Assembly: GCA_002269645.1 (NCBI GenBank)
Contig: NIVC01002321.1
Location: 1-64,000 of the forward strand
DNA: 64,000 nt
Direction: 5' to 3'
Source: Macrostomum lignano
Lineage: Eukaryota
Under the pieces are notes generated by a model, which was given only the letters and a program-made list of their open reading frames with translations, had not been told where the DNA came from and made no database searches. The position numbers and the translations under genes were made by a program. Shown here in pieces: positions 10,403 through 21,075 of this stretch. How positions within the stretch are numbered: position 1 is the first letter of the stretch; each line of letters begins with the position of its first letter.

Positions 10403-11106
10403 GTATAGCATTTTTCAAGCCAATTGAGCCTTGGTGGGAAAATCAAGCTATTTTAGACTTGCTTTTCAACGTCTATGGCCCAAAGGGGGGTCTGTGGAGC
10501 AACCAATTTGAGAACCTGGGCGCTTTTAATCCTTTCCATTGTTGTGCAAGCCTTAGACCAAAGAAAATAACAGATTTCATTAGACAAACATGGATATGGC
10601 AGACGAAGAATTTAGCGAGAAGAGCAGTGACAAAGTTCTGCTACAGCCCAAGATGCAGTGGATGAGCAGAATCCTGCAGGGCAAGAACCCTATCGCAAGA
10701 TAAGCAACGAAAAGTACGACCTGATTGTCGCTGCCATCGAGAGAGGTGATAGTGCTGAGCACATTTCGCGATGGCTGGACGTAAAGAGAATAGCAGTGTA
10801 TTCTATCAGGCGTCGCTATGAAATCACGGGCCTGTTTTGATTGGTTTCTCTGAAATCAAAGTGCTAATGTCAATCGTTTTTTGATATGCCATCTATTTGC
10901 AGACGTTATTTCAGTGAAGTTATTCGTGAAAGATATACGAGCACTGTGAAAAGGATTAATTGCGCGCCCAGATTCTCAAATTGGTTGCTCCGTAGACCCC
11001 CCTTTCGGGCCATAGACAATGAAAAACAAGTCTTCAATAGCTTGATTTTCCCACTAAGGATTAAATTGCTTGCTCCTAGGCTTAATTGACTTGAAAAATG
11101 CTATAC
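10403..11106 (+). mobile_element. Non-autonomous Tc1/mariner-like element with about 130-bp TIRs and an HTH remnant
   Basis: gtatagcatttttcaag...ctgggcgc is matched by its reverse complement at about 10965-11106. TA on both flanks. Internal ORF 10658..10840 (IVAAIERGDSAEHISRWLDVKRIAVYSIRRRY) is helix-turn-helix-like. Confidence 0.75.
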
Positions 11107-11729
11107 TATTTCTAGCCGCAAGTTCGACCGATCAGTATGTGAAAATGTTATTTTACGACAAGATTCTATGGGTCCAGTCTGACCTTTCAACGCACTCGTC
11201 TTGACTAAACATATACACTTGTAGCCTTCGACGGGCACAAACTTTATTAAATCAAATCCAACCAAGGTTGAATAGAGTTGGGCAAGCAGCCACGGTCGAT
11301 GGAGTTGGTACATGAGGTAACTGTACAGGGCGGTTTGTCATGATGTCGTTATATTCGTTTAATGTCGTTTCATTCCGGACATTATTTAGGTTCAATTATT
11401 TTAGTTCTTATGCTATTCTAAAATGGGTTCTACGAGCTAGTTGCATCATTTTCCTCATTGAAAACATCATTAAAACCAAGTTTAAGAACTTCACCTAGCG
11501 TTTTAAGGTGTTTCGTTTTTAACAAAGGCATTTAAACACAATTTTTGCTTGTTTTTTTCTTGTCACTAACTTCAAATTTTTAACTTGAAATAAAAACGTA
11601 TTATGTAAGATTAACATTAAGTTTTAATCTCAAAAATTTACTGGACAATAGACTGTAGCAGTAATGTAAATATAGCTTTTCAGTCTATTTCGGCTTATGC
11701 GCACTGAATTTAATCCAAGATACGTTTGC

Positions 11730-12000
11730 CAATGTCACGGAGCTTTTGTCTATGGTAGCAAGGCTGACACAGCTGTATTTAATTTGGTCCAACAAGCCTC
11801 AATTTGGCCCATAGCCTCATTTGCAACTGTGGAGGAGGCGCAAGACCAGCCCCAGAACTGTGGACCATATGCTAGGCTATCAAACGAATGCCATTAGCTT
11901 GTGGTCGAAGCACTCGACAGAGGTGAACACACAAAGGACATTGCAAGGTTTCTGAATGTAGAATAAAAGATGGTTTACAGCATCCATCAGCGCGTTGAAA
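11730..12000 (+). mobile_element. Relic of the same HTH-transposase family
   Basis: PYARLSNECH*LVVEALDRGEHTKDIARFLNV aligns with ORF 10658..10840. Nucleotide match to 56985-57195 on the opposite strand. Confidence 0.6.
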
Positions 12001-12211
12001 CTACTGCCCAGGGCCCTTCGAAAATACCTAGCTAGCTAAGTAATAGTCTTCAGGAGCCCGCGACCCAGGGACAACCTTAGTAGAAGGACACTGCACTCGA
12101 ATTTCTTAGACATGGCTGGGTGCGGTTAAGAAACGTATATTTTTTGTTCTGGAAGTGTATCTTCAGAGATTCATTTTAGCATTTACACGTCAACAAAGTC
12201 CCTTAACTAAC

Positions 12212-12725
12212 CTTCTTTCTGCATGATGAAGCGAAACTCGTGCGTGAGTCCGGTCTCAACGGCGGCCAGAGTGTCCGACAGGGCCAGGGCTGGCTGGCCA
12301 AGCCGCGGTCGCTTCCACCCTGTGCTTGGATCCGCGTTGGCAATGTCGAATACCAGAAAGTTCAACTTGCACTTGGTATCGCAGTTGAGCAGGGAGTTGA
12401 GTTCCGGTGCTGCTGAGCTGTCCGTGAGCTTGCTAATTGACAAAGCGTCGTTTGGACAGATGTACACATCCGGGAAGCGATAGGCCAGCGACGTGGTCAG
12501 GGTGGTAAGCAGCGGCAGGCTGAAGAACCTGTCGAACAGGGTGTACATGTGATAAGCAAAACCGCTGTAGGTGCCAATTAGAAAGGCCAACCAAATGACG
12601 CGACCGTAGGCGCTGCTCTGCGAACGGAACCGACCAAGGCCGTGCGCCGTAGTGTACTGGCAGAACTGCTTCAAGGCATGGATCGGTGCAGTTGGCTGAT
12701 GTGCTTGATGTGCCTTCCCCTTCAT
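12212..12725 (-). CDS. DEG/ENaC (ASIC/FaNaC-like) channel, exon 1: N-terminus, TM1, start of ectodomain
   Basis: ORF 12207..12794 contains the pre-TM1 motif FCQYTTAHG, hydrophobic TM1 (VIWLAFLIGTYSGFAYHMY) and FPDVYIC. Phase-1 donor GAAG|GTTAGT at 12212/12211. Start is ATG 12725, or upstream ATG 12794. Confidence 0.9.
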
Positions 12726-12854
12726 TTTTGAGGCCTGAAATTTGGCATGATAGGGTTGGTGGTTGTCTGTTTTTATATAGTAAAACAAATTCATAATTCA
12801 GGCTCTCAGAAATCGCAAACCAAAAGCGCGGATTGGTTGCGGATTCATCTTTGA

Positions 12855-12885
<31 letters not shown>

Positions 12886-13320
12886 CCTTTCTCATAAACT
12901 TATTCGAGTATCTTTCCCGTCGGTCTTCCTCATCGATAATTAAAGCTCAAATTTCCAGCTGGCTAGCGAATGCATCGATGTTTCTACTACTACTACTACA
13001 GTGTTAAGAGAAAGAATCGGCGACTGGACGGCTATAGCATTATGGATTATACTGAACCGTACTGGCCTATCCGTGACAGTACAATGCATTAGGTCGAATT
13101 TTATCGCTAGGAACAAACAACTTTTTCTTTTTTATGTATCGCCTCTTAGCTAAAAGCAACGGAAAATCTCTGTTTTGACATAAAATTCTGTACGAATCTT
13201 TTTCATTCGATGCTGTTTTACCTGGTGAGTAGTTTGACTTACTGTGCGACTTTTAGGATTTTGAACTAATAAGTCAACTTTTCAAAAAGCCTTGGCATAA
13301 TATATAATAATAATTTAATT

Positions 13321-13382
13321 AATTACACCTGTCCCAATTGGGCCAGATGTGCAACCGACAGCTCAGCCGCAGCTATTGTGCT
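13321..13382 (-). mobile_element. 3' fragment of SINE family A
   Basis: Reverse complement matches 48815-48862 (gctgcggctgagctgtcggttgcacat...caggtgtaat). Confidence 0.7.
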
Positions 13383-13396
13383 GTTGCGGGGCACCA

Positions 13397-14880
13397 ATTC
13401 GCTTTTCCCATAAAGCATACAGCATTCGTCATAAAACAGAGGCAAAAAGTGATTCATGTAGACACAGTGCTTTAAGTAGTCTGTACTGCTTAAATAGATC
13501 CTTAATTTTAGACTGATACAGTCGGCCTACGCAGCAAAGAGATCCTTAATTTTAGACTGATACAGTCGGCCTACGCAGCAAAGAGATCCTTAATTTTAGA
13601 CTGATACAGTCGGCCTACGCAGCAAAGAGATCCTTAATTTTAGACTGATACAGTCGGCCTACGCAGCAAATAGATCCTTAATTTTAGACTGATACAGTCG
13701 GCCTACGCAGCAAAGAGATCCTTAATTTTAGACTGATACAGTCGGCCTACGCAGCAAATAGATCCTTAATTTTAGACTGATACAGTCGGCCTACGCAGCA
13801 AAGAGATCCTTAATTTTAGACTGATACAGTCGGCCTACGCAGCAAATAGATCCTTAATTTTAGACTGATACAGTCGGCCTACGCAGCAAATAGATCCTTA
13901 ATTTTAGACTGATACAGTCGGCCTACGCAGCAAATAGATCCTTAATTTTAGACTGATACAGTCGGCCTACGCAGCAAAGAGATCCTTAATTTTAGACTGA
14001 TACAGTCGGCCTACGCAGCAAAGAGATCCTTAATTTTAGACTGATACAGTCGGCCTACGCAGCAAATAGATCCTTAATTTTAGACTGATACAGTCGGCCT
14101 ACGCAGCAAAGAGATCCTTAATTTTAGACTGATACAGTCGGCCTACGCAGCAAATAGATCCTTAATTTTAGACTGATACAGTCGGCCTACGCAGCAAATA
14201 GATCCTTAATTTTAGACTGATACAGTCGGCCTACGCAGCAAAGAGATCCTTAATTTTAGACTGATACAGTCGGCCTACGCAGCAAATAGATCCTTAATTT
14301 TAGACTGATACAGTCGGCCTACGCAGCAAAGAGATCCTTAATTTTAGACTGATACAGTCGGCCTACGCAGCAAATAGATCCTTAATTTTAGACTGATACA
14401 GTCGGCCTACGCAGCAAAGAGATCCTTAATTTTAGACTGATACAGTCGGCCTACGCAGCAAATAGATCCTTAATTTTAGACTGATACAGTCGGCCTACGC
14501 AGCAAATAGATCCTTAATTTTAGACTGATACAGTCGGCCTACGCAGCAAATAGATCCTTAATTTTAGACTGATACAGTCGGCCTACGCAGCAAAGAGATC
14601 CTTAATTTTAGACTGATACAGTCGGCCTACGCAGCAAATAGATCCTTAATTTTAGACTGATACAGTCGGCCTACGCAGCAAAACAGTCGGCCTACGCAGC
14701 AAAGAGATCCTTAATTTTAGACTGATACAGTCGGCCTACGCAGCAAAGAGATCCTTAATTTTAGACTGATACAGTCGGCCTACGCAGCAAAGACTACGGG
14801 TAACTTTCCTAATACCATTCAACTCAAAAGTTACACGTGGAATAACTCGCAGCCCGTAGCCTAAAGATGCGCACTCGAAC
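13397..14880. mobile_element. Dispersed repeat hosting the 44-bp array (second copy at 26115-26333)
   Basis: Both flanks of the array match 26115-26333, where the unit occurs once. Confidence 0.7.
13493..14792. repeat. 44-bp tandem array (about 29 units)
   Basis: Unit gatccttaattttagactgatacagtcggcctacgcagcaaa(t/g)a. Units are nearly identical, with no spacers. Confidence 0.97.
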
Positions 14881-15119
14881 AAAATAAGAATTTTGAACTT
14901 AAATATCATATTTAACCTTGGGCATACGCTCGTAGCACTGTCTGGAACCCTCTTGAAAGAATTAGGATGTAGAGCTTTATAGAAACGAGCTAGAATGCCA
15001 ACGAGCGATGAGGAAGTGAAGCCGATTTTATATTTTTGTCTCGTTTAGTATCTTTGATTTGACATTGTTTTACACGTTGTTATTCAAGAATAAATATGCA
15101 TATTTGATATTAAAACTAT

Positions 15120-15460
15120 TCATACAACTTTCCAAGCATTCGGTCGGAGTGATGATTGAATGCTTGAGAGACTAGTTGAGGATGTCCAGCAGTTGATTTT
15201 TGCCCGCTGTCGAGGCTTGATCGGCGAAACTAGAGAAATCCGCATCAGGGTGTCACCTGGTGCCACCTGTTGAAGGTCCAGAAGCTCCGCCGGGGTAAAG
15301 GTCAGTGACCAATGAAGTCCGAGCTGATGCAGACACATGTGATCGATGTGCTGGTGAAATTTGGAGACTTGGCAAGGCTGCACTAAGGCGCAGTGCTGAT
15401 TGGCGCACAGGGGTGTACTGAATACACTGGCGCTTATGGGAAAAATCCGACCTTCTGGCA
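15120..15460 (-). pseudogene. Frameshifted relic of a lectin/PAN-like secreted protein exon
   Basis: Fragments in different frames: FIG/TDLYPGGASG/FNRW and IITPTECLESCM. FPISASVFSTP is paralogous to FPIGASVFNTP at about 16940-16985. Confidence 0.35.
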
Positions 15461-16289
15461 GAATCGTCGAATATCTCGACGGTCTGGGGGGCTGACGACT
15501 TGATTCTTGTTTGAGAAGGTGCGCAACAAAAGTTAGCCCGTGTTCTTGAATTTCGTGTGCCTGCGTTGCTCCTTTCTGGCGTAGCAAAAACATTGTCAGG
15601 ATCCCCCCCCCCCCTAAGTACGAGTACGAGATAGCTCGACAGGCGGAAAAAGGGCTTGGTATTCCTACTGTTAAAGGCTCCTCTCAATTAAGATGGCTTG
15701 GGTTTTTAAACGAGTTGGTTGCAATCAGAAACAGAGCCGGTATTCTCTTGCCTCTTTGAGCTTGCACTAAGCATGCATACTTGAAATCCCAGCGGAGTAA
15801 GAGTTTTCTTTTCTGAACAGAATTATACATGAATAATTTTGTTGTTGAAGGCCTGTTTTCAATCCTTGATTTGGAATTTCTAGCTACGTCAGCAATGAGC
15901 CTGTGCTTTCATTTTGACAAAGCTGATGTTAGTCATAAAAAGAATGTTTTACGCTGAAAAACGACACCAATGCAAGCTGCGCTCAGCAATTGCGGAGACA
16001 GTGGATCAAATATTTGCTTTTCTTTGCCTATTTGACTAAGCAACTGTCTGGAACAGGATGCAATTCGACTACATCCGGAACGCCAAAATGGTTAAACGCC
16101 GCTTCGAGGCTTTGAAAGCAATGCGTCATCGGCCAGTTGAATATTCCCTGCATCGTTGATATAGAGGCTCAATCCTTGTAATTGTGTACGTTGATGGTGC
16201 CGGGTGATCCCTAACCCACAGCGGGTAGGCGCAGTTGATTGCGTCAGCGGCAACGTTGCACAAGGTCTTGGCACCAGGGACTTTTACGC

Positions 16290-16805
16290 TCGTAGCTCTA
16301 GGGTCTTTAGCGCCAGGGGCTTTAGCACCCGGGTCTTTAGCACCAGGGGCTTTAGCACCAGGGGCTTTAGCACCAGGGTCTTTAGCACCAGGGTCTTTAG
16401 CTCCAGGGTCTTTAGCACCAGGGGCTTTAGCACCAGGGTCTTCAGCACCAGGGGCTTTAGCACCAGGGTCTTTAGCAGCAGGGTCTTTAGCAGCAGGGTC
16501 TTTAGCACCAGGGGCTTTAGCACCAGGGTCTTCAGCACCAGGGGCTTTAGCACCAGGGTCTTTAGCACCAGGGTCTTTAGCAGCAGGGTCTTTAGCAGCA
16601 GGGTCTTTAGCAGCAGGGTCTTTAGCACCAGGGGCTTTAGCACCCGGGTCTTTAGCACCAGGGTCTTTAGCACCAGGGGCTTTAGCACCCGGGTCTTTAG
16701 CACCAAGGGCTTTAGCACCCGGTCTTTAGCAACAGGGGCTTACACCAGGGGCTTTAACACCAGGGGCTTTAGCACCAGGGGCTTTAACACCAGGGTCCTT
16801 AGCAC
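16290..16805. repeat. 15-bp minisatellite (about 34 units)
   Basis: Unit ctttagcaccaggg(g/t). One minus frame reads (GAKDP/GAKAP)n. Confidence 0.95.
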
Positions 16806-17675
16806 GAGAGGACAATCACAGTGGTTAGGGTAAGGCTTATCTAAGAAATTTGCAACAGGGCTGGGTGTTCTATGTCTCTCCGGGCCACCTGTTGAAGCTG
16901 CCGATGTCGTCGGGGCGATGAAAGAGTGTTTGAGTGACCAGCAGTGGTGTATTGAATACACTGGCGCCTATGGAAAAACCCGAACTTCTGACAGTTTTTT
17001 GAATAATTTGAATTTGGATTGAATAATTTGTTTCACTTTGGACGCAAATTTGAATTCTTCGAAATAAAAACGAGAGCCAGCAGAATATTTGAATGCTCTG
17101 TATAGTTGTATAATATTTAGCTCTTGTGCGTCAACTCACATTTAATTGTATTCGAAAAATTCGATCACAAACTATGTGGTTTTACATAATGTCCAGAAGA
17201 AGAAAAAATAATTTGAGTAATTGTAAATAATTTTTCTAAGATAATGAAAGATTTTCATATTTTCGGTAGCTCAGTTGAAAAGAAAACAAGGTAAACAAGT
17301 GTATGAGTTTCAGTTCTCAGAGTATCGAGGTGATTCTCATGCGATTGCACAGCGGCAGTTCGTCATGGAGAACCAGCAGAAAAAAACTGAAAATCAGAGA
17401 GAGAAAAATCATATTTAAGAATAAGAAACCGAAAAAAAGTCCATTTTTGAGGAACGTACGCAAAGCGACACAAGACAGGGCAGAGGAGAGGGGTTTAAAA
17501 CTGGTTACCGACTAGTCAAAACCAGTCGCAAACCAACGCATTTTAGGCCTTTTATAATTTTTGGGATAAAATAGAATTAACCAGTGTCTCAACCATTTCG
17601 CAAGCTATCGTATTGATTTGCTCTTTGACCATCTTCAGTTCTTCGGTCAGATCCAGCAGCTCCAAGCCTCGCCTC

Positions 17676-18431
17676 TCAGGTCAGGACGAACTTCACCCAG
17701 TCGGCGCTCGTCTCGATCGCCTCCTCCACCTGAGCGTCGGTGAAGTGCAGCAGGCGGCATTTCTTTTGCTTCTTATTGAACAGCACGTGCTGGCTGTCCT
17801 TCGATCGCGTCGCCATGGCAACGCACTCGATAGCACTGTCGATGTTGGTCAGGTCAGTGAAGCAGTACTCAGAGCTGGGATTGTAGCTGGACCGCTTGAA
17901 CGGAGTTCGCCTCCACTGGCCGTTGAGTTGGGCCGCAATCGGAGCAGCTGCAGCGAACTCGCACGCAAATCCAAGTTTGTAAGAGCAAAAGAAGTCGGCG
18001 AGTTTGCTATTATTTGTGTATGTACAAACGCAGTCCTGCTTACCGCCTACGTTGTTTGGGTCATTGCTGACCCACAGAGAGGCATTCAGAGGCAGATTGT
18101 CTTTGCCGAACACCGTCTGCCAGCCCTCCCTGCTGGCGTTTCTCTAATCCGCCATGTCGGTCACTCCGAGCCAGATTTTATTGCCAGTTTGAAAACTCGG
18201 CATGCTCGGCAGCAGCTGCAGCGAGCCGTACGAGTTGATGAGCTCGCCTCCGATCGATGAGCACTGCCGATTGGCCTCGCACCAGGTGAAGCTCTGGGAT
18301 GGGTTCACGAATATGCACCTGCCGGCCTCGATATAGAAGGGAGCGGGGCACTGAGCCAGCACTGGCAGCAGTGAGCAGAGCAAACTCAAAATAATGTGGA
18401 TAAATGTTCGCACTGCGACTGACCTTTGCAT
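17676..18431 (-). pseudogene. Intronless secreted C-type lectin + PAN-like protein, copy 1, with one in-frame TAG
   Basis: Signal peptide, then CPAPF...FTWCEANRQCSSIGGEL...IWLGVTD, NDPNN..QDC..C......FACE and SAIECVAMA...VLFNKKQKKCRLL. ORFs 18144..18431 and 17676..18113 share a frame. TAG at 18144-18146 is GAG in copy 2. Confidence 0.85.
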
Positions 18432-18983
18432 TCGGGCGCGATTGCAGTTAGTCTGGTCTCGGTTATCGAGTTAGAAATAGGTATTTTTCATGGTGCTAAA
18501 TTATTTGAATTTTTTTACCGTTTATATTCGCTAGATTTTCGACCCAAAATATTCTCATTGGCGGCTGGGAGGCCAACCAATCAGAGCTACCCTCGCTTTC
18601 CATCCAATGGGCAAAATATTGATTACAAGCGTGTATCATCCTTACTTGTACACTGAAGTTGCCTGTGCAATGTATCGACTCGCTGTAAAAGTTGATGGAG
18701 TTCCACTCCGGTATTTTTATTTTTTAAAATAAATGAGTAATAAAAATCAAGTAATTTTTAATTGGACGCTTCCTGGATTCACTGGAGAGCCGGCGAATTA
18801 ATCATTTGTCCCCCACTTGTCCCGGTCAAATAAGTCTATGGTCTAGTGTTGAAGCATTTATTTGTCCAGGACGAAGAAACGATTTATCTGTCCCGGACGA
18901 AGAAACGATTTATTTGGAACTGACGATCAGAACCATAGACTGTTGAGCTATAGTTCTTTTTTTGCCAAGTTGTGAAAAATACT

Positions 18984-19081
18984 ATCTCTCCCGTTTATTC
19001 ATTTTTCTATGACCAGTACGACTTCAAACTCGTTTCTCAGTCGTTTAGACGGCCACAGATAAATGAATAAACGGGAGAGAT
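18984..19081. repeat. Short hairpin/MITE with a perfect 21-bp inverted repeat
   Basis: atctctcccgtttattcattt (18984-19004) versus aaatgaataaacgggagagat (19061-19081). Confidence 0.75.
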
Positions 19082-20019
19082 TATATACTCTTATATTTAA
19101 AGTATTTTAACGTCTATGGTAAAAACTATGATTAACTGCATTCACTTGTTGGCTAAACCATTCGGCAGCAATGATTTTTCAAAGCATAGTGAACGTGAAG
19201 CGTGGTGTCATATCGTGTACACTAAGTACATTCGCCGTATTATTGTGATTGACTTTACTGACTAATTCTTCGTTTGAGCGAGGTAGCCCTTCCACCTGTT
19301 CTAATTGTCTGCGTTGCTTTGCAGACACCCCGCTCTGCAGACATCCCGCTTTACAGACATCGCTTTCCAGATACTGCTTTGGAGACAATGCTTTAGCGAC
19401 TTCGCTTTGAGAGATGAGAGGCCTAGTCCTGATGGTAAAATTCAGCTGTGTAATCCACATACTAAGAATGATTTGTCGGTATTTACATGTGTCTAGGAGT
19501 AAATGGTGAAATTATTGAAGGCGATTTCCGACGTTGAAAGCTTTAATTGCCTTTGATGCGACCGGCTCACTGACACATCCAAAACTGACGGATTGAAGGC
19601 TTTTCTCCATTAAGATTGCTGGAGATGGTAGCTCTTAGAAATCGAAAATAGAAACCGCTACTACATGTATCTCGTCTGTTTGAGCTTGCAACGGAAGCCA
19701 AGTGAGAACTGGAAACATTTCCATCTTCCATCACTGCATCCCCACTGTCAAATATGACCGAACAAGCAAACGCGAGCGTAAAAGAAGACAAAACTGCAAG
19801 CAATTCGACTCACCTAATGGCGACTTTTCGCTTAAATCCATGCCCCATCATCGGTTGCTGCAGAATATTTACTGAAGTAGCAGGACCACTGTCTCTCACT
19901 AGCTAAGGTGAGCTCGCCTCCGACAAATTCTTGTCTTGCATGTTGGAAATCCCAACTGAGGGAATGAGAAAGCTTTTCTTGACAGCTTCAATGTGCAAAC
20001 CATTTCGATTTTTGAAAGT

Positions 20020-20300
20020 AAATTTCTAGACACAGTAGTAATGAGCCTGTGCTTCAAATATTTACTTTTCTTTGCCTATTTGACTAAGCAACTGTCTGAA
20101 TCCAATTCGACTACATCCGGAACGCCGAAACGGTAAAATGCTGTTGCGAGGCACCGAAGCCTCTGCCACATTGGTCAGTTGAAATTCCCTGCATCTTTGT
20201 TATAGAGGCCCAATCCTTGTAACTTTGTAGGAATGGGTGCGCTGATGGTGGCGGGGGATCCCTAACGCCCAGTGCAATACTTAGCTCTATGGCAGGAAGG
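20020..20300. repeat. Diverged local duplication of about 15880-16270
   Basis: Shared blocks aatgagcctgtgct, tttgcctatttgactaagcaactgtctg, caattcgactacatccggaacgcc and ttccctgcatc. Confidence 0.7.
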
Positions 20301-20410
20301 GAGATAACGAAAGCGCTTGGTGAGAAACACAGGTGGCACAATCGAGCCCGTCAAGGTATATTTTATTGTAATACGAACACAAAAAAAATTAAACGCCGCG
20401 AGAACAAGCG

Positions 20411-20533
20411 ATTTCAGCTCAAGGCGAGGCCTAAAAAGGCACAGAACACAACCACCCACTCCAACGCCGCAAACCTACCCCCACAGGTGGAGCCAAACAA
20501 CCCCTCCCAGCCAATCGCAAACGCCGGTTAGCC
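20411..20533. repeat. 123-bp direct repeat, copy 1 (probable terminal repeat of the DIRS/Ngaro element)
   Basis: Matches 24509-24631 with 4 substitutions. Confidence 0.9.
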
Positions 20534-21045
20534 AGTCCCGGCAACCATTCGCAGGGTGGATCCCGCACGAACGGTAGGCTTGACCAAGGTTAACCTTACA
20601 CTTGTAAGAGCCGGGACGCAGTCTTCTGCTGAAGTTCGTAGCGGATGCCAAGCGGAACTTTGAAAGCATCGAGTAGTAGTCGTTAACCGCGAGCCCCTCA
20701 GGCCGGCTGCAATCGTGAATGAGTCGCACTAAGGCGGATCCAGGCTTAGGAATGGCTCCCAAGGCACTGACAATTTGTGGCTTGATGCCAGTCGGGCAGC
20801 GGCGATACCGACCGCGCAGAACTTCTTTCTGGATCTGTACATCGGCCTGATTAATGTTGGCCTTTAATGAATAATAGTTTTCCAGTTCAATGTTTGGCTG
20901 GTGATCACTGCGTGACTTCTTGGTAATGCGGAATCCATGAGTTACACCAGAAATGATAAAACTGGCTTCATCTTTGGGGATATTAATTTCTTCCAGTTCT
21001 TCTTTCCAGGCTTCAAGATGCTTGTCACTCGATAAGCAAAGATTT
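20534..21045 (-). mobile_element. DIRS/Ngaro-type reverse transcriptase, N-terminal part, truncated
   Basis: LEAWKEEL..FIISGVTHGFRI...ALGAIPKPGSALVRLIHDCSRPEGLAVND...KVNLGQAYRSCGIHP. Breaks off into the direct repeat before the YxDD region. Confidence 0.85.
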
Positions 21046-21075
21046 TTTTAAAACTATCCGTATTGACGATATTGT

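Noticed and set aside
13493-14792. CRISPR-like appearance of the 44-bp array
   Set aside because: Units are head-to-tail with no unique spacers, there are no cas genes, and the context is eukaryotic.
16204-16833. Plus-strand ORFs (STRVF)n, (APGSL)n and minus-strand (LKTLV)n
   Set aside because: By-products of a 15-bp repeat lacking stops. Only the GAKDP frame connects to paralogous non-repetitive sequence.
18144-18146. Programmed recoding of the in-frame stop
   Set aside because: TAG is not the selenocysteine codon, and the paralogue has Glu. A point mutation or sequencing error is simpler.
17613-18260. Plus-strand ORFs 17613..18260 and 27603..28313
   Set aside because: Antisense shadows of the lectin genes.
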